The notes under the pieces are model-generated. The model worked only from the letters and a program-made list of their open reading frames with translations, made no database searches and had not been told where the DNA came from. Positions 18,391 to 28,773 of a stretch of DNA of 64,000 nucleotides are shown piece after piece (within the stretch, counting starts at the first letter, position 1; the number at the start of each line of letters is the position of its first letter). The DNA comes from Candidatus Omnitrophota bacterium (GTDB lineage Bacteria > Omnitrophota > Gorgyraeia > Duberdicusellales > 4484-171): contig JBAWWL010000003.1 in the NCBI GenBank assembly GCA_037146775.1, positions 2,334-66,333 of the forward strand, in the 5' to 3' direction. A program made the position numbers and the translations under genes.

Positions 18391-19641
18391 ATGGAAAAAT
18401 ACGTAAAAAGTCTGGTTAAAAAAGCCAAGATGGCGAGTTATTGTTTGGCGGGGCTTACCACCGGCAAAAAGAACGAAGTTTTAGCCGGGATGGCTGATTC
18501 TTTGCTGCAGAACAAAGACTTTATTTTAAAAGAAAACAAAAAGGACATTGCCCGCGCCATAAAAAATAAATTAACAAAAAGTTTAATTGATCGGCTTACC
18601 CTGAATGAAAAAAGATTAAATGATATGGCCGTTTCCTTAAGAGAGGTGGCCAAGCTTGCTGATCCGGTGGGTAGAATACTTAGCCAGCGCACGATGCCTA
18701 ACGGATTGCACATACAGAAGATAAGTGTTCCTATTGGTGTGGTGCTGGTTATTTACGAAGCACGGCCTAACGTTACCAGCGACTGCATAGGTTTGCTTTT
18801 TAAATCATCCAATCTCGCGATATTACGTGCCTCCGGCGACAGCATTCATTCCAATAAGGCTATAAGCTGCGCTCTCAACCAAGCGGTTAAAACCTGCGGT
18901 TTAGATTTTGAGCCATTCTTGGTGGTAGAGAAAACCGGCCACGGTATAGTAAATTTGCTTTTAAAAGAAAACGAACATATCGATCTGGTTATTCCCAGAG
19001 GCGGAGAAGCTTTGATTAGAAAGGTAGTGGCCAGTTCCCGAATACCGGTAATAAAACATTATAAAGGAGTATGCCATATTTTTATCGATAAAGAGGTTAA
19101 TATCCAGGAGGCGCTTAAAATTTGCGTAAATGCCAAAGTACAAAGGCCTTCCGTATGCAATGCGGTAGAGAAAATTCTGGTGCATAAAGATATAGCTGCA
19201 ACGTTTTTGCCGCTTTTGAAAAAAGAATTTGATTCCTGCAAGGTTGAAATGCGCGGTGACGAAAAAACCCGTAAGATTTTAAAAGGGATCAAGCCGGCCA
19301 CCCAGGAAGACTGGTATGCCGAGTATCTGGATTTAATTGTTACTATCGGCATCATGAATGATGTTGACGAGGCCATAGCACACATAAATTATTATGGCTC
19401 TCACCATACCGACAGCATTCTTACTAAAAATTCAATTAATGCCGAGAAATTCTTGAAAGAAATTGATTCTGCCTGTTGTTTTGCCAATATCTCTACACGT
19501 TTTAGCGACGGTTATCAATTTGGCTTAGGCGCTGAGATAGGTATTTCTACCGATAAGTTGCACGCCCGCGGCCCTATGGGGCTGGAGGAGCTCACCAGCT
19601 ATAAATGGGTAGTGCGAGGAGCGGGGCACATTAGGGAATAG
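18391..19641 (+). CDS. proA: Gamma-glutamyl phosphate reductase
   Basis: ProA-type aldehyde dehydrogenase core. I chose the internal Met at 18391 (MEKYVKS...), which gives about 416 aa and avoids overlap with proB. Confidence 0.85.
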   Translation: MEKYVKSLVKKAKMASYCLAGLTTGKKNEVLAGMADSLLQNKDFILKENKKDIARAIKNKLTKSLIDRLTLNEKRLNDMAVSLREVAKLADPVGRILSQRTMPNGLHIQKISVPIGVVLVIYEARPNVTSDCIGLLFKSSNLAILRASGDSIHSNKAISCALNQAVKTCGLDFEPFLVVEKTGHGIVNLLLKENEHIDLVIPRGGEALIRKVVASSRIPVIKHYKGVCHIFIDKEVNIQEALKICVNAKVQRPSVCNAVEKILVHKDIAATFLPLLKKEFDSCKVEMRGDEKTRKILKGIKPATQEDWYAEYLDLIVTIGIMNDVDEAIAHINYYGSHHTDSILTKNSINAEKFLKEIDSACCFANISTRFSDGYQFGLGAEIGISTDKLHARGPMGLEELTSYKWVVRGAGHIRE

Positions 19642-19652
19642 CAAACTCAAGG

Positions 19653-19702
19653 TTCAGTGTTGGCCGTCTAACGGCCAACATGCTTTGACGCTGAACACTG
19701 AA
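19653..19702 (+). terminator. Nested stem-loop downstream of proA
   Basis: Outer arms TTCAGTGTT / AACACTGAA; inner perfect 9-bp stem GTTGGCCGT-cta-ACGGCCAAC. No U-tract follows. Confidence 0.3.
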
Positions 19703-19725
19703 TATAGAACGCTGAATTTAAACAA

Positions 19726-20286
19726 ATGAAGATCGGAATCATCGGAGGTACATTTAATCCGCCCCATGTCGGGCATCTTATCTTGGCTCAGGAAGTCTGC
19801 CAGAAGCTGCAGCTTGATAAGATTTTTTTCATTCCGACCAATATCCCTCCACATAAAGAAAGCCACAACGTGCAAGCTGGCGATCGCTTGAATATGACCC
19901 GCTTGGCTACCGTAGGCGAAAGCCGCTTTGAGGTCCTCGACCTTGAAATTAAACGCGGCGGAGTTTCTTATACCATAGATACCGTTCGAGAACTTAAAAA
20001 CCAATATCCCAAAACAGGATTTTACCTGATTGTCGGATCAGATTTGGCTAATGATTTTCCCACTTGGAAATATTTTGAAGGGCTCAAAAAAGCAGTACAA
20101 ATTGTCGTAGCTAAAAGAAGGGCCTATCCGTTAGAAAAGAAAAACAACTTTATCGTTGTCGACATTGTACAAATGGGAATATCTTCCTCTCACATAAGAG
20201 GGTTGATAAAAAAAGGATTTTCTGTAAAATACCTTGTTACTGACCAAGTCGCTCGTTATATAAGGAAGCACAGGCTTTATACATAA
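19726..20286 (+). CDS. nadD: Nicotinate-nucleotide adenylyltransferase
   Basis: 186 aa; GIIGGTFNPPHVGHL is the (H/T)xGH motif. Confidence 0.88.
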   Translation: MKIGIIGGTFNPPHVGHLILAQEVCQKLQLDKIFFIPTNIPPHKESHNVQAGDRLNMTRLATVGESRFEVLDLEIKRGGVSYTIDTVRELKNQYPKTGFYLIVGSDLANDFPTWKYFEGLKKAVQIVVAKRRAYPLEKKNNFIVVDIVQMGISSSHIRGLIKKGFSVKYLVTDQVARYIRKHRLYT

Positions 20287-20316
20287 AGTACTTACTACGT
20301 TTAAAAAGGAGTTACG

Positions 20317-21708
20317 ATGATCAAATTTGGTACTGATGGCTGGCGCGCAGTGATTGCTCAAGATTTTACTTTCGATAACCTGAAAATTGTTTCGCAGGCA
20401 ATCGCCGATTATATGAATAAGCAAGGTTCTCAAAAGAAGAAAGTAGTTATTGGTTACGATTGCAGGTTTCTCTCCGCGGAATTTGCTCAAACTGTGGCCT
20501 TAGTGATGGCAGCTAATAACATAAAGGCTGTTCTCTCGAGCTCGCCCGTGCCCACTCCGGCGGTAAGTCTGCATACATTGTACAATAAATATGACCTAGG
20601 AATAATGATCACTGCCTCGCATAATGGGGCTGAATTTAACGGCTTAAAGATCAAAACCAAAGACGGCGGCGCCGCCGACAAGGCTCTTACCGATCGCGTC
20701 GAAGCCTTGCTGTATAAAACTAAACCAAAAATAGTGTCAATCGATGCGGCGAAAGAAAAAAAACTTTTGGAAATAAAAGATCTCACCAAGTTTTATGTTG
20801 ATTTTTTAAAAAAGTTAGTAGACGTAACCAAAATCAGAAAACTTAAACTCAAGATTTTGGTTGATACTATGTATGGCGCGGGAGACAATTTTATTGAGAA
20901 AGTTTTAGGCAAGTGCGCAGTTACCATTGAATATACCCGTAACGAGTACAATCCTTCTTTCGGCGGTATACATCCCGAGCCCATCGAGGAGAATCTGCAA
21001 TCTACTATAGCCAAAATGAATACCGGTAAGTACGATTTTTGTGTGGTACTTGACGGGGATGCGGATAGGATCGCTACTTTTGACAGCAAAGGTAATTATG
21101 TGAACGCGCAGGTGTTATTGCCGCTTTTGAGCATTCACATGATTAAAAACCGCAAAGAAAAATGCGGTATAGGTAAAACCGTCGTAGGTAGCAATATCAT
21201 CGACGACGTGGCCTTGTCTTTGGGCGCCATTTGTTATGAGACCCCGGTAGGTTTTAAGTATATATCAAGCTTATTCCAACAAGGGTTGATTTGTATCGGC
21301 GGAGAAGAAGCCGGAGGTATAGGCTATAGCGGTTATATACCGGAAAGAGACGGCTCTGCTTCGTGTTTGATGATCTTGGAAATGATGGCCCATGAGCATA
21401 AAAGTTTTGATTCGCTTATCGGCGAACTTTACAAAAAATACGGCAGATGGTTTTATAGCCGCACCGCTATTCCTGTGGCGAGCCTGAAGAAAAGCATACA
21501 CGACATGAAATTGCCCGCGCAGCTTTTTGGGAAGAAAGTAGAAAGGATAAACACTCTCGACGGTATAAAACTTATTACCAAGGATAGCTGGCTGATGTTC
21601 CGTCAGTCAGGCACCGAGCCGATCGTGCGGGTATACTCGGAAAGTAAAACAAAGAAAGAAGCGGATAGTTTACTGCAACTAGGCAAGAAAATGATCTATG
21701 ATCTATGA
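20317..21708 (+). CDS. Phosphoglucomutase/phosphomannomutase family protein
   Basis: 463 aa; active-site loop TASHNGAEFNGLK with the phosphoserine motif. Confidence 0.8.
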   Translation: MIKFGTDGWRAVIAQDFTFDNLKIVSQAIADYMNKQGSQKKKVVIGYDCRFLSAEFAQTVALVMAANNIKAVLSSSPVPTPAVSLHTLYNKYDLGIMITASHNGAEFNGLKIKTKDGGAADKALTDRVEALLYKTKPKIVSIDAAKEKKLLEIKDLTKFYVDFLKKLVDVTKIRKLKLKILVDTMYGAGDNFIEKVLGKCAVTIEYTRNEYNPSFGGIHPEPIEENLQSTIAKMNTGKYDFCVVLDGDADRIATFDSKGNYVNAQVLLPLLSIHMIKNRKEKCGIGKTVVGSNIIDDVALSLGAICYETPVGFKYISSLFQQGLICIGGEEAGGIGYSGYIPERDGSASCLMILEMMAHEHKSFDSLIGELYKKYGRWFYSRTAIPVASLKKSIHDMKLPAQLFGKKVERINTLDGIKLITKDSWLMFRQSGTEPIVRVYSESKTKKEADSLLQLGKKMIYDL

Positions 21709-22268
21709 AATCGCAAGATTCCTATCCGCACTTATCCTGAAAATACCGTTTCGCTTCGAGATAACCGGCCGGGAAGTTTTTCCTCTCCGACAACCTTTCA
21801 TTCTGGCCTCTAACCATATCAGCAATCTCGATCCGATCGTTTTAGGGGTGGCTTGCCCCGCGCCATTATATTATTTGGCTAAGGAAGAACTTTTTAAGCA
21901 GAAACTCTTTGGTCATTTTCTTAAAGCCATAAACGTGATACCGGTAAAACGGGATAAAGCCGATATGCAATCCGTGCGTATCGCCTTGAAAGTTCTGGAA
22001 ACAAGGTCTATTGTTATTTTCCCCCAAGGCACCAGGGGAGCGCCTTATGATAATTTTAAAGCGGGGGTGGGTTTTTTTTCATAGCAAGACGCACGTGCCG
22101 GTTTTTGTGGCAAAAATATCCGGAACCGACACTATACTGCCTAAAAGCGCTAATTTACTCAAGCCGGGAAAAATACATGTTTCTTTTGCTAAGCTGGGAG
22201 ATATTGCTGCCAGCGATAGCTATGAGGAGGTTGCCTTAAACGTAGTTGAGGCGATAAAAAATCTTTAA
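21698..22268 (+). pseudogene. plsC: 1-acyl-sn-glycerol-3-phosphate acyltransferase interrupted by a +1 frameshift in a T8 run
   Basis: ORF 21698-22084 carries the NHISNLD (HxxxxD) and FPQGTR motifs. ORF 22011-22268, in another frame, continues with VPVFVAKISGT. Removing one T from the T8 run at about 22071-22078 restores a contiguous ...FKAGVGFFHSKTHVPVFV... protein. Confidence 0.7.
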
Positions 22269-22353
22269 AATAGCCACGATATCTTTGTTCGTACGTCGAC
22301 AGGGCCGCTTGAGAGGGTGTTTTTGGCGGTTATAGCCGGGGAAGACTTTAATA

Positions 22354-22382
22354 TTGACAAAAATAATACTTTAAGAGATAAT
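22354..22382 (+). promoter_or_regulatory. Candidate sigma70 promoter upstream of rpsA
   Basis: TTGACA - 17 nt - GATAAT, about 110 nt upstream of the rpsA start. Confidence 0.4.
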
Positions 22383-22489
22383 GACCACCCGTTAGAAGGC
22401 CTCGATAGTTTCTTGGATATTGAATCCTTCGTATTCAATCCAGCGAGGAAAAATTCTACAGGGTAAATTTATAATGGAGGTTTACGCGA

Positions 22490-24043
22490 ATGAGTGATGT
22501 ATCTACGGAATTAGAACGCGCATATTACGATTCTATTAAGGAAATCAAGGAAGGGGAGATCATCAAGGGTAAGATCGTCAGTATGAACCCCTCGGAAGTG
22601 GTGGTTGATGTCGGTTACAAATCCGAGGGCATGATCCCGGCTGACGAGTTTGCCGGCGTTGAGATAACCGTTTCAACCGAAATTGAAGTATATGTGGAAA
22701 ATGTCGAGAACGAGGACGGCAAGATCATCCTTTCTTACCGCAGGGCGAAAGAATCAAAAGGGTGGCTGACGCTTATAAACGATCATAAGGAAGGCGATTT
22801 GGTAGAAGGCACTATTATCCGCAGAGTCAGAGGCGGCTATATCGTCGATGTGTTCGGAGTGGAAGGTTTTCTTCCTCAGAGTTTGTCCGCATTCCGCGCG
22901 ATTAACGATGATGAGATCGGCAAAAATAAAATGTATTTTCAGATAGTGAAAATGAGCCGTTCGAAGGAAAACTTTATCCTTTCCCGCAAAGACGCCGTCC
23001 GCATGGAAAAGGAAATATCCCGTAAAAAAATCTGGGAAGAAATTGAAATTGGGAAAACCATTAAAGGTAGAGTAAAAAGCGTGACGAATTTCGGCGCATT
23101 TATCGATTTGGGAGGAGTGGACGGTCTACTTCATATCGCGGATATGAGCTGGAAAAAGATTACGCATCCTTCGGAAATCGTAGCCGTGGGCGATGAAATA
23201 CAGGTAGTGATTCTTAACTTTGATAGAGAAAAAGGAAAGATTTCATTAGGTCTTAAACAGACCACGCCTGACCCTTGGAAAGAAATCGATAAAAAGTATC
23301 CTCCGAGTTCCGTTATTACAGGAAGAATCACCAATATCCAAAATTACGGTATCTTTGTAGAATTAGAAAAAGGAATCGAAGGATTGGTACATATCAGCGA
23401 AATTTCGTGGACTAAAAAGTTTATTAATCTTTATGAACAGTTTGCTATCGGAGACGCCGTAGAAGCGAAAGTTATCGGCGTGGAACCCCAAGAACGCAAA
23501 ATTTCTTTAAGCATCAAACATCTGGAAAAAGATCCTTGGGAAGATGCCGATAATCTAGTTACCATTGACTCGGTGGTTAAGGGTAAGGTAGGCGGCTACG
23601 GAGAAGGCTGCGCCTATATAGAATTAGAGAACGGTTTAGAAGGAATTATCTACAACGAAGATATTTCGTGGACTAAACGCGTGACGCGCGCACAGGAAAT
23701 CCTTAAGCGCGGTACCGCTGCCGATCTCAAGGTATTAGGTATAGACAAAAGTAACCGCAAGGTTATCGTAGGAATGAAACAGTTAGTGGATGATCCTTGG
23801 GAGGCTATCCAGCAAAAATATCCGCTTGGCACCGTTTTAGAGGGCGAAGTGGTAAAAGTTACCAATTTCGGTGTGTTTGTGAAAATCGACGAAGAGCTTG
23901 AAGGTCTCGTGTTTTCTGGCGAGATAGAGAAAGAGGCAATGGATAACGCCAAACCAAAGGATAAATTGAAAGTTAAGATCATAAAAATTGACCCAGGCTC
24001 AGCGAAAATCGGTCTCTCCGCAAAGGTCGATGAACCTAGCTAA
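22490..24043 (+). CDS. rpsA: 30S ribosomal protein S1
   Basis: 517 aa with multiple tandem S1 RNA-binding repeats (six recognisable). Confidence 0.88.
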   Translation: MSDVSTELERAYYDSIKEIKEGEIIKGKIVSMNPSEVVVDVGYKSEGMIPADEFAGVEITVSTEIEVYVENVENEDGKIILSYRRAKESKGWLTLINDHKEGDLVEGTIIRRVRGGYIVDVFGVEGFLPQSLSAFRAINDDEIGKNKMYFQIVKMSRSKENFILSRKDAVRMEKEISRKKIWEEIEIGKTIKGRVKSVTNFGAFIDLGGVDGLLHIADMSWKKITHPSEIVAVGDEIQVVILNFDREKGKISLGLKQTTPDPWKEIDKKYPPSSVITGRITNIQNYGIFVELEKGIEGLVHISEISWTKKFINLYEQFAIGDAVEAKVIGVEPQERKISLSIKHLEKDPWEDADNLVTIDSVVKGKVGGYGEGCAYIELENGLEGIIYNEDISWTKRVTRAQEILKRGTAADLKVLGIDKSNRKVIVGMKQLVDDPWEAIQQKYPLGTVLEGEVVKVTNFGVFVKIDEELEGLVFSGEIEKEAMDNAKPKDKLKVKIIKIDPGSAKIGLSAKVDEPS

Positions 24044-24124
24044 ACCTCTTCCGGCAGCATGTGCTTTTCTTGTTCGCATTATCGCTCATTTTTTCTTTAA
24101 TTGAGGAACGGGAGGTCACCGAGC

Positions 24125-25324
24125 ATGAAAAAGGAGATTGAGCGGCACCTTGAGGCGATCAAGGAAAATGCCGTCGATATAATTTCCGAACCGCAGCTGC
24201 GCGAAAAAATAACACATTCACTTTCCTCACACACCCCTCTCAAATTAAAAATCGGTTTTGATCCTACTGCGCGCGACATTCATCTCGGTCATACGGTACT
24301 GCTGCGTAAGTTGCGTACTCTGCAGCAGCTCGGCCACCACGTTATATTGATTATCGGAGATTTTACTGCGAAAATCGGCGATCCTTCGGGTAGAACGATG
24401 CTGCGCCCGGTGTTAAGCGACGAAGAAATAAAAGACAACGCTGCGACGTACACCGAGCAGGCATTTAAAATTTTAGACCGGAAAAAAACAAAAGTTATTT
24501 TCAACAGCCAGTGGTATAAAGAATTACCGATACAGAAATTTTTGTCATTGCTTTCTTCCTATACGGTGGCCAGGATACTCGAACGGGACGACTTCTCTCA
24601 ACGAATGCGCGAAAACCGTCCGTTGACTATTTTAGAATTAATATATCCGTTGATACAAGGCTATGATTCGGTCATGATGGAGTCCGATATCGAGTTTGGC
24701 GGCACAGACCAGAAATTTAACCTTATAGTAGGCAGGCATTTGCAGGAGATTTTTGGCCAGAAACCGCAGGTGATTGCGACAATGCCGCTTCTTGTCGGCT
24801 TAGATGGAAAAAATAAAATGTCGAAATCGTTAGGCAATTATATTGGCGTCACGGAAGAACCAAAAAATATGTTTGGCAAGGTGATGAGTATTTCTGACGA
24901 AGTGATGTGGGAATACTTCAGGCTTCTGACCGATGCCAATATCGCCCAGGCCAAAAAGATGCATCCCAAAGAAGCAAAACTACTGTTGGCCGAGACTATT
25001 GTTTCAGGTTATTATACTCAAGCTGCAGGCAGAAAAGAAAAAGAAGAATTTGAGAAAGTATTTTCGCAAAAAGAATTGCCCCAGGAACTGCCCCTGTATC
25101 GCACGAGCGCTTCCGTGGTTGACGTGGTAGAGGTACTCTATGGCGCAAAAATAGTTTCTTCCAAGAACGAAGCCCGTCGCTTGCTTTTACAAGGAGGGAT
25201 TTCGCTTATAGATACCGATGATCCTTCCCGTTCGCCGACGCTTAAAACACAGGAAATTCAGATACCGCTGCAAGGTTTGGTTCTTAAGGTCGGCAAGAAG
25301 AGGTTCCTTAAAATCACTTTTTAA
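24125..25324 (+). CDS. tyrS: Tyrosyl-tRNA synthetase
   Basis: HIGH-type motif HLGH, KMSKS motif, C-terminal S4-like domain. Start taken at the MKKEIE Met, which has an upstream GGAGG. Confidence 0.88.
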   Translation: MKKEIERHLEAIKENAVDIISEPQLREKITHSLSSHTPLKLKIGFDPTARDIHLGHTVLLRKLRTLQQLGHHVILIIGDFTAKIGDPSGRTMLRPVLSDEEIKDNAATYTEQAFKILDRKKTKVIFNSQWYKELPIQKFLSLLSSYTVARILERDDFSQRMRENRPLTILELIYPLIQGYDSVMMESDIEFGGTDQKFNLIVGRHLQEIFGQKPQVIATMPLLVGLDGKNKMSKSLGNYIGVTEEPKNMFGKVMSISDEVMWEYFRLLTDANIAQAKKMHPKEAKLLLAETIVSGYYTQAAGRKEKEEFEKVFSQKELPQELPLYRTSASVVDVVEVLYGAKIVSSKNEARRLLLQGGISLIDTDDPSRSPTLKTQEIQIPLQGLVLKVGKKRFLKITF

Positions 25325-25394
25325 CAATTATCTTGCACTTTATTCAAGGATTGCTATAATAACTCCTTACTATAGCAAATTATCTTAAAAAACC

Positions 25395-26402
25395 ATGCCG
25401 CAATTACGCAAAGATCCTATATTAGGAAGATGGGTTATTATTTCGACCGAACGGGCGAAGCGTCCTAAGGATTTTCCTCGTGCAGAATCCGCCCCTGCGG
25501 AAAAAGAATGCCCTTTTTGCAAAGGAAAAGAAAACTTAACTCCCGCAGAAGTTTTTTCCATAAGAGACCCGCAAGGGAATTGGCGGGTACGCGTAATACC
25601 CAGTAAAAAACCCTTTGTAAGATCGGATGTCGAGTTTTGGAAAAAAGGTAAAGGTCCCTATGATTCAATTAACGGCGTGGGCAGCCACGAGGTGGTCATC
25701 GAAACCCCCGACCATATTAATAACATGGCGGATTTGGACGAAAACCTTATAAAAGATGTATTTAACGCCTATTGCAATCGTTTTAGAGAATTGGGTAAAG
25801 ACGGGCGCATTAAATACGTGCTTGCGTTTAAAAATTACGGTTGGGATGCCGGCGGCGGCAGAGTGCGGCATTCACGCTCGCAGCTTATCGCGACACCGGT
25901 CAATCTTAAAAGGGTAAAAGAAGAGCTTGAAGGCTCCAAGGCTTACTATCATTACCACGAGCGGTGCGTTTTTTGCGATATTATCAGGCAAGAACTGCAG
26001 ACAGGGGAACGGGTAGTATTGGATCAGGACGGTTTTATCGTTCTCGTTCCGTTTGCTCCGCGTTTTCCTTTTGAGGTGTGGATACTTCCCAAAGACCATT
26101 CTCCGGATTTTTATAATGTTTGCGAAAAAAATGTCGAAGGGTTAGCCAGGGTGGTACAGAAAACATTGCGTAAGATAAAGGTGTTACTTAACGACCCGGC
26201 GTATAATTACGTCATTCACACCGCTCCGTTTCGCAGGCCATACCCGGGTTATTGGTCAACCATAGAAGAGGACTATCATTGGCATATTGAAATTACGCCT
26301 CGCCTGACCAGAGTCGCGGGGTTTGAATGGGGAAGCGGTTTCTATATCTGCCCATCATTACCGGAAGAATCGGCAAAGTTTTTACGTGAAACCAACGTAT
26401 AA
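25395..26402 (+). CDS. GalT-like (HIT superfamily) nucleotidyltransferase paralog 1, with Arg at the nucleophilic His position
   Basis: 335 aa. N-terminal DPILGRWVII, zinc CxxC (CPFC), C-terminal HWHIEITPRLTRVAGFEWGSGFY. The active-site region reads RHSRSQ instead of HxHxQ. Confidence 0.7.
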   Translation: MPQLRKDPILGRWVIISTERAKRPKDFPRAESAPAEKECPFCKGKENLTPAEVFSIRDPQGNWRVRVIPSKKPFVRSDVEFWKKGKGPYDSINGVGSHEVVIETPDHINNMADLDENLIKDVFNAYCNRFRELGKDGRIKYVLAFKNYGWDAGGGRVRHSRSQLIATPVNLKRVKEELEGSKAYYHYHERCVFCDIIRQELQTGERVVLDQDGFIVLVPFAPRFPFEVWILPKDHSPDFYNVCEKNVEGLARVVQKTLRKIKVLLNDPAYNYVIHTAPFRRPYPGYWSTIEEDYHWHIEITPRLTRVAGFEWGSGFYICPSLPEESAKFLRETNV

Positions 26403-26409
26403 ATATGAT

Positions 26410-26544
26410 AAACTCTAAATCCGAAATCCTAAACTCTAAACAAACCTCAAATCATAAACTAAAAATCCCAAACATTTGTTTTGAGTTTGGAGTTTTGTAT
26501 TTCGAGTTTGTTTAGGATTTAGATTTTAGTGTTTAGAGTTTCAT
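26410..26544. repeat. Imperfect palindrome of about 135 bp built from CTAAA/TTTAG-type units
   Basis: Left arm aaactctaaatccgaaatcctaaactctaaacaaacc... Right arm ...ggtttgtttaggatttagattttagtgtttagagttt. The reverse complement of the right arm matches the left arm at roughly 75%. Confidence 0.6.
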
Positions 26545-26560
26545 AAAATAATAATATATT

Positions 26561-27562
26561 ATGCCTGACATCAGAAAAGATCCTATTGTTGCGCGCTGGG
26601 TAGTTGTTAACGTGGAAGAGCCATATCTTCCCAAAGACTATGCGGTTGCGCCGCCGGTATGGAAGGGAGAAAAAGATTGCGCTTTTTGCTATGGCAATGA
26701 ACATCTTACTCCTCCGGAAATCGAGGCGATATCGGAAACCTGGCGCGCTCCCAATACGCCGGGATGGAAAGTAAGAGTGGTGCCGAATAAATTTCCGGCA
26801 CTGCGCATTGAGGGAGACTTAGATAAGCATGCCCTAGGCATATATGATATGTCTAATGGTGTAGGGGCGCACGAAGTAATTATAGACAGTCCGCATCACT
26901 ATAAAGGTATTCCGGAATTCACCGATACCGAAACGGAATACATGCTTAAAGCATATCGCAGCCGTACGCTTGATTTACGAAAAGACAGGCGATTTAAATA
27001 TCTGCTCATTTTTAAAAATGTTGGGGTTGAGGCAGGAGCTTCCCTTGAACACGGACATTCACAGTTGATCGCTCTTCCCATGGTGCCCAAAAATGTTTCT
27101 GACGAAGTCAGGGGCGCACAGCATTTTTATGAATACAGAGAACGTTGTATATTTTGCGATATGATCGCGTATGAACAGGAGGACGGTAAGGAAAGAATTG
27201 TTACCGAGAACGAACATTTTGTGGCGTTTTGTCCTCTTTCCGGCAGGTTCTCGTTTGAAACGTGGATTGTTCCCAAGGAACACTCGATGGATTTTGGGTC
27301 GATCGACGACAACCATATTAGAACGCTTGCTAAAATTCTTAGAGACACCTTGGGAAGGCTTAAAAAGGTTTTGGGAGACCACCCCTATAACTATATTATC
27401 CATACCTCTCCCATTAACACCGACGCACACTTTTCATACCATTGGCATATTGAAATTATGCCTAAATTAAGCCGTGTGGCCGGTTTTGAATGGGGAAGCG
27501 GTTTTTATGTCGTGTCTACTCCGCCCGAAGTGGCTGCAAAATCTTTGAAAGAAGCAGTGTAG
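26561..27562 (+). CDS. GalT-like (HIT superfamily) hexose-1-phosphate nucleotidyltransferase/phosphorylase paralog 2
   Basis: 333 aa. DPIVARWVVV, CAFC zinc site, intact EHGHSQ (HxHxQ) active site, YHWHIEIMPKLSRVAGFEWGSGFY. Confidence 0.75.
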   Translation: MPDIRKDPIVARWVVVNVEEPYLPKDYAVAPPVWKGEKDCAFCYGNEHLTPPEIEAISETWRAPNTPGWKVRVVPNKFPALRIEGDLDKHALGIYDMSNGVGAHEVIIDSPHHYKGIPEFTDTETEYMLKAYRSRTLDLRKDRRFKYLLIFKNVGVEAGASLEHGHSQLIALPMVPKNVSDEVRGAQHFYEYRERCIFCDMIAYEQEDGKERIVTENEHFVAFCPLSGRFSFETWIVPKEHSMDFGSIDDNHIRTLAKILRDTLGRLKKVLGDHPYNYIIHTSPINTDAHFSYHWHIEIMPKLSRVAGFEWGSGFYVVSTPPEVAAKSLKEAV

Positions 27563-27618
27563 TTGGCATTACCAAAATTTGATTTTGATATTGAAAAAAA
27601 GAAAATTTCATTCGTTAA

Positions 27619-28707
<1,089 letters not shown>

Positions 28708-28716
28708 CGCAGACAA

Positions 28717-28751
28717 CAGAGGACAGATAACTTCTGACCTCTGACATCTGA
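28717..28751. repeat. Copy A of the CAGAGG...CTTCTGACCTCTGACATCTGA intergenic repeat
   Basis: cagaggacagataacttctgacctctgacatctga. Internally palindromic (CAGAGGaCAGA / TTCTGaCCTCTG). Related copies lie at 62868-62902 and 63295-63333. Confidence 0.6.
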
Positions 28752-28773
28752 GCTTTGAATAATAAGGAGAAGC

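Noticed and set aside
22011-22268. Treating 22011-22268 as an independent 85-aa gene
   Set aside because: Its homology begins upstream of its first Met, and it continues the PlsC acyltransferase sequence of the preceding ORF in a +1-shifted frame. It is the 3' half of a frameshifted plsC.
24044-24124. T-box leader upstream of tyrS
   Set aside because: Only about 80 nt are available. No specifier-loop or T-box consensus (AATTAGGGTGGNACCGCG) is visible.
26403-26560. Possible CRISPR array in the repeat-rich GalT spacer, and in 50617-50878
   Set aside because: The repeats are short (5-13 bp), irregularly spaced and arranged as inverted arms rather than as identical direct repeats of 28-37 bp with unique spacers. 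There are no cas genes.
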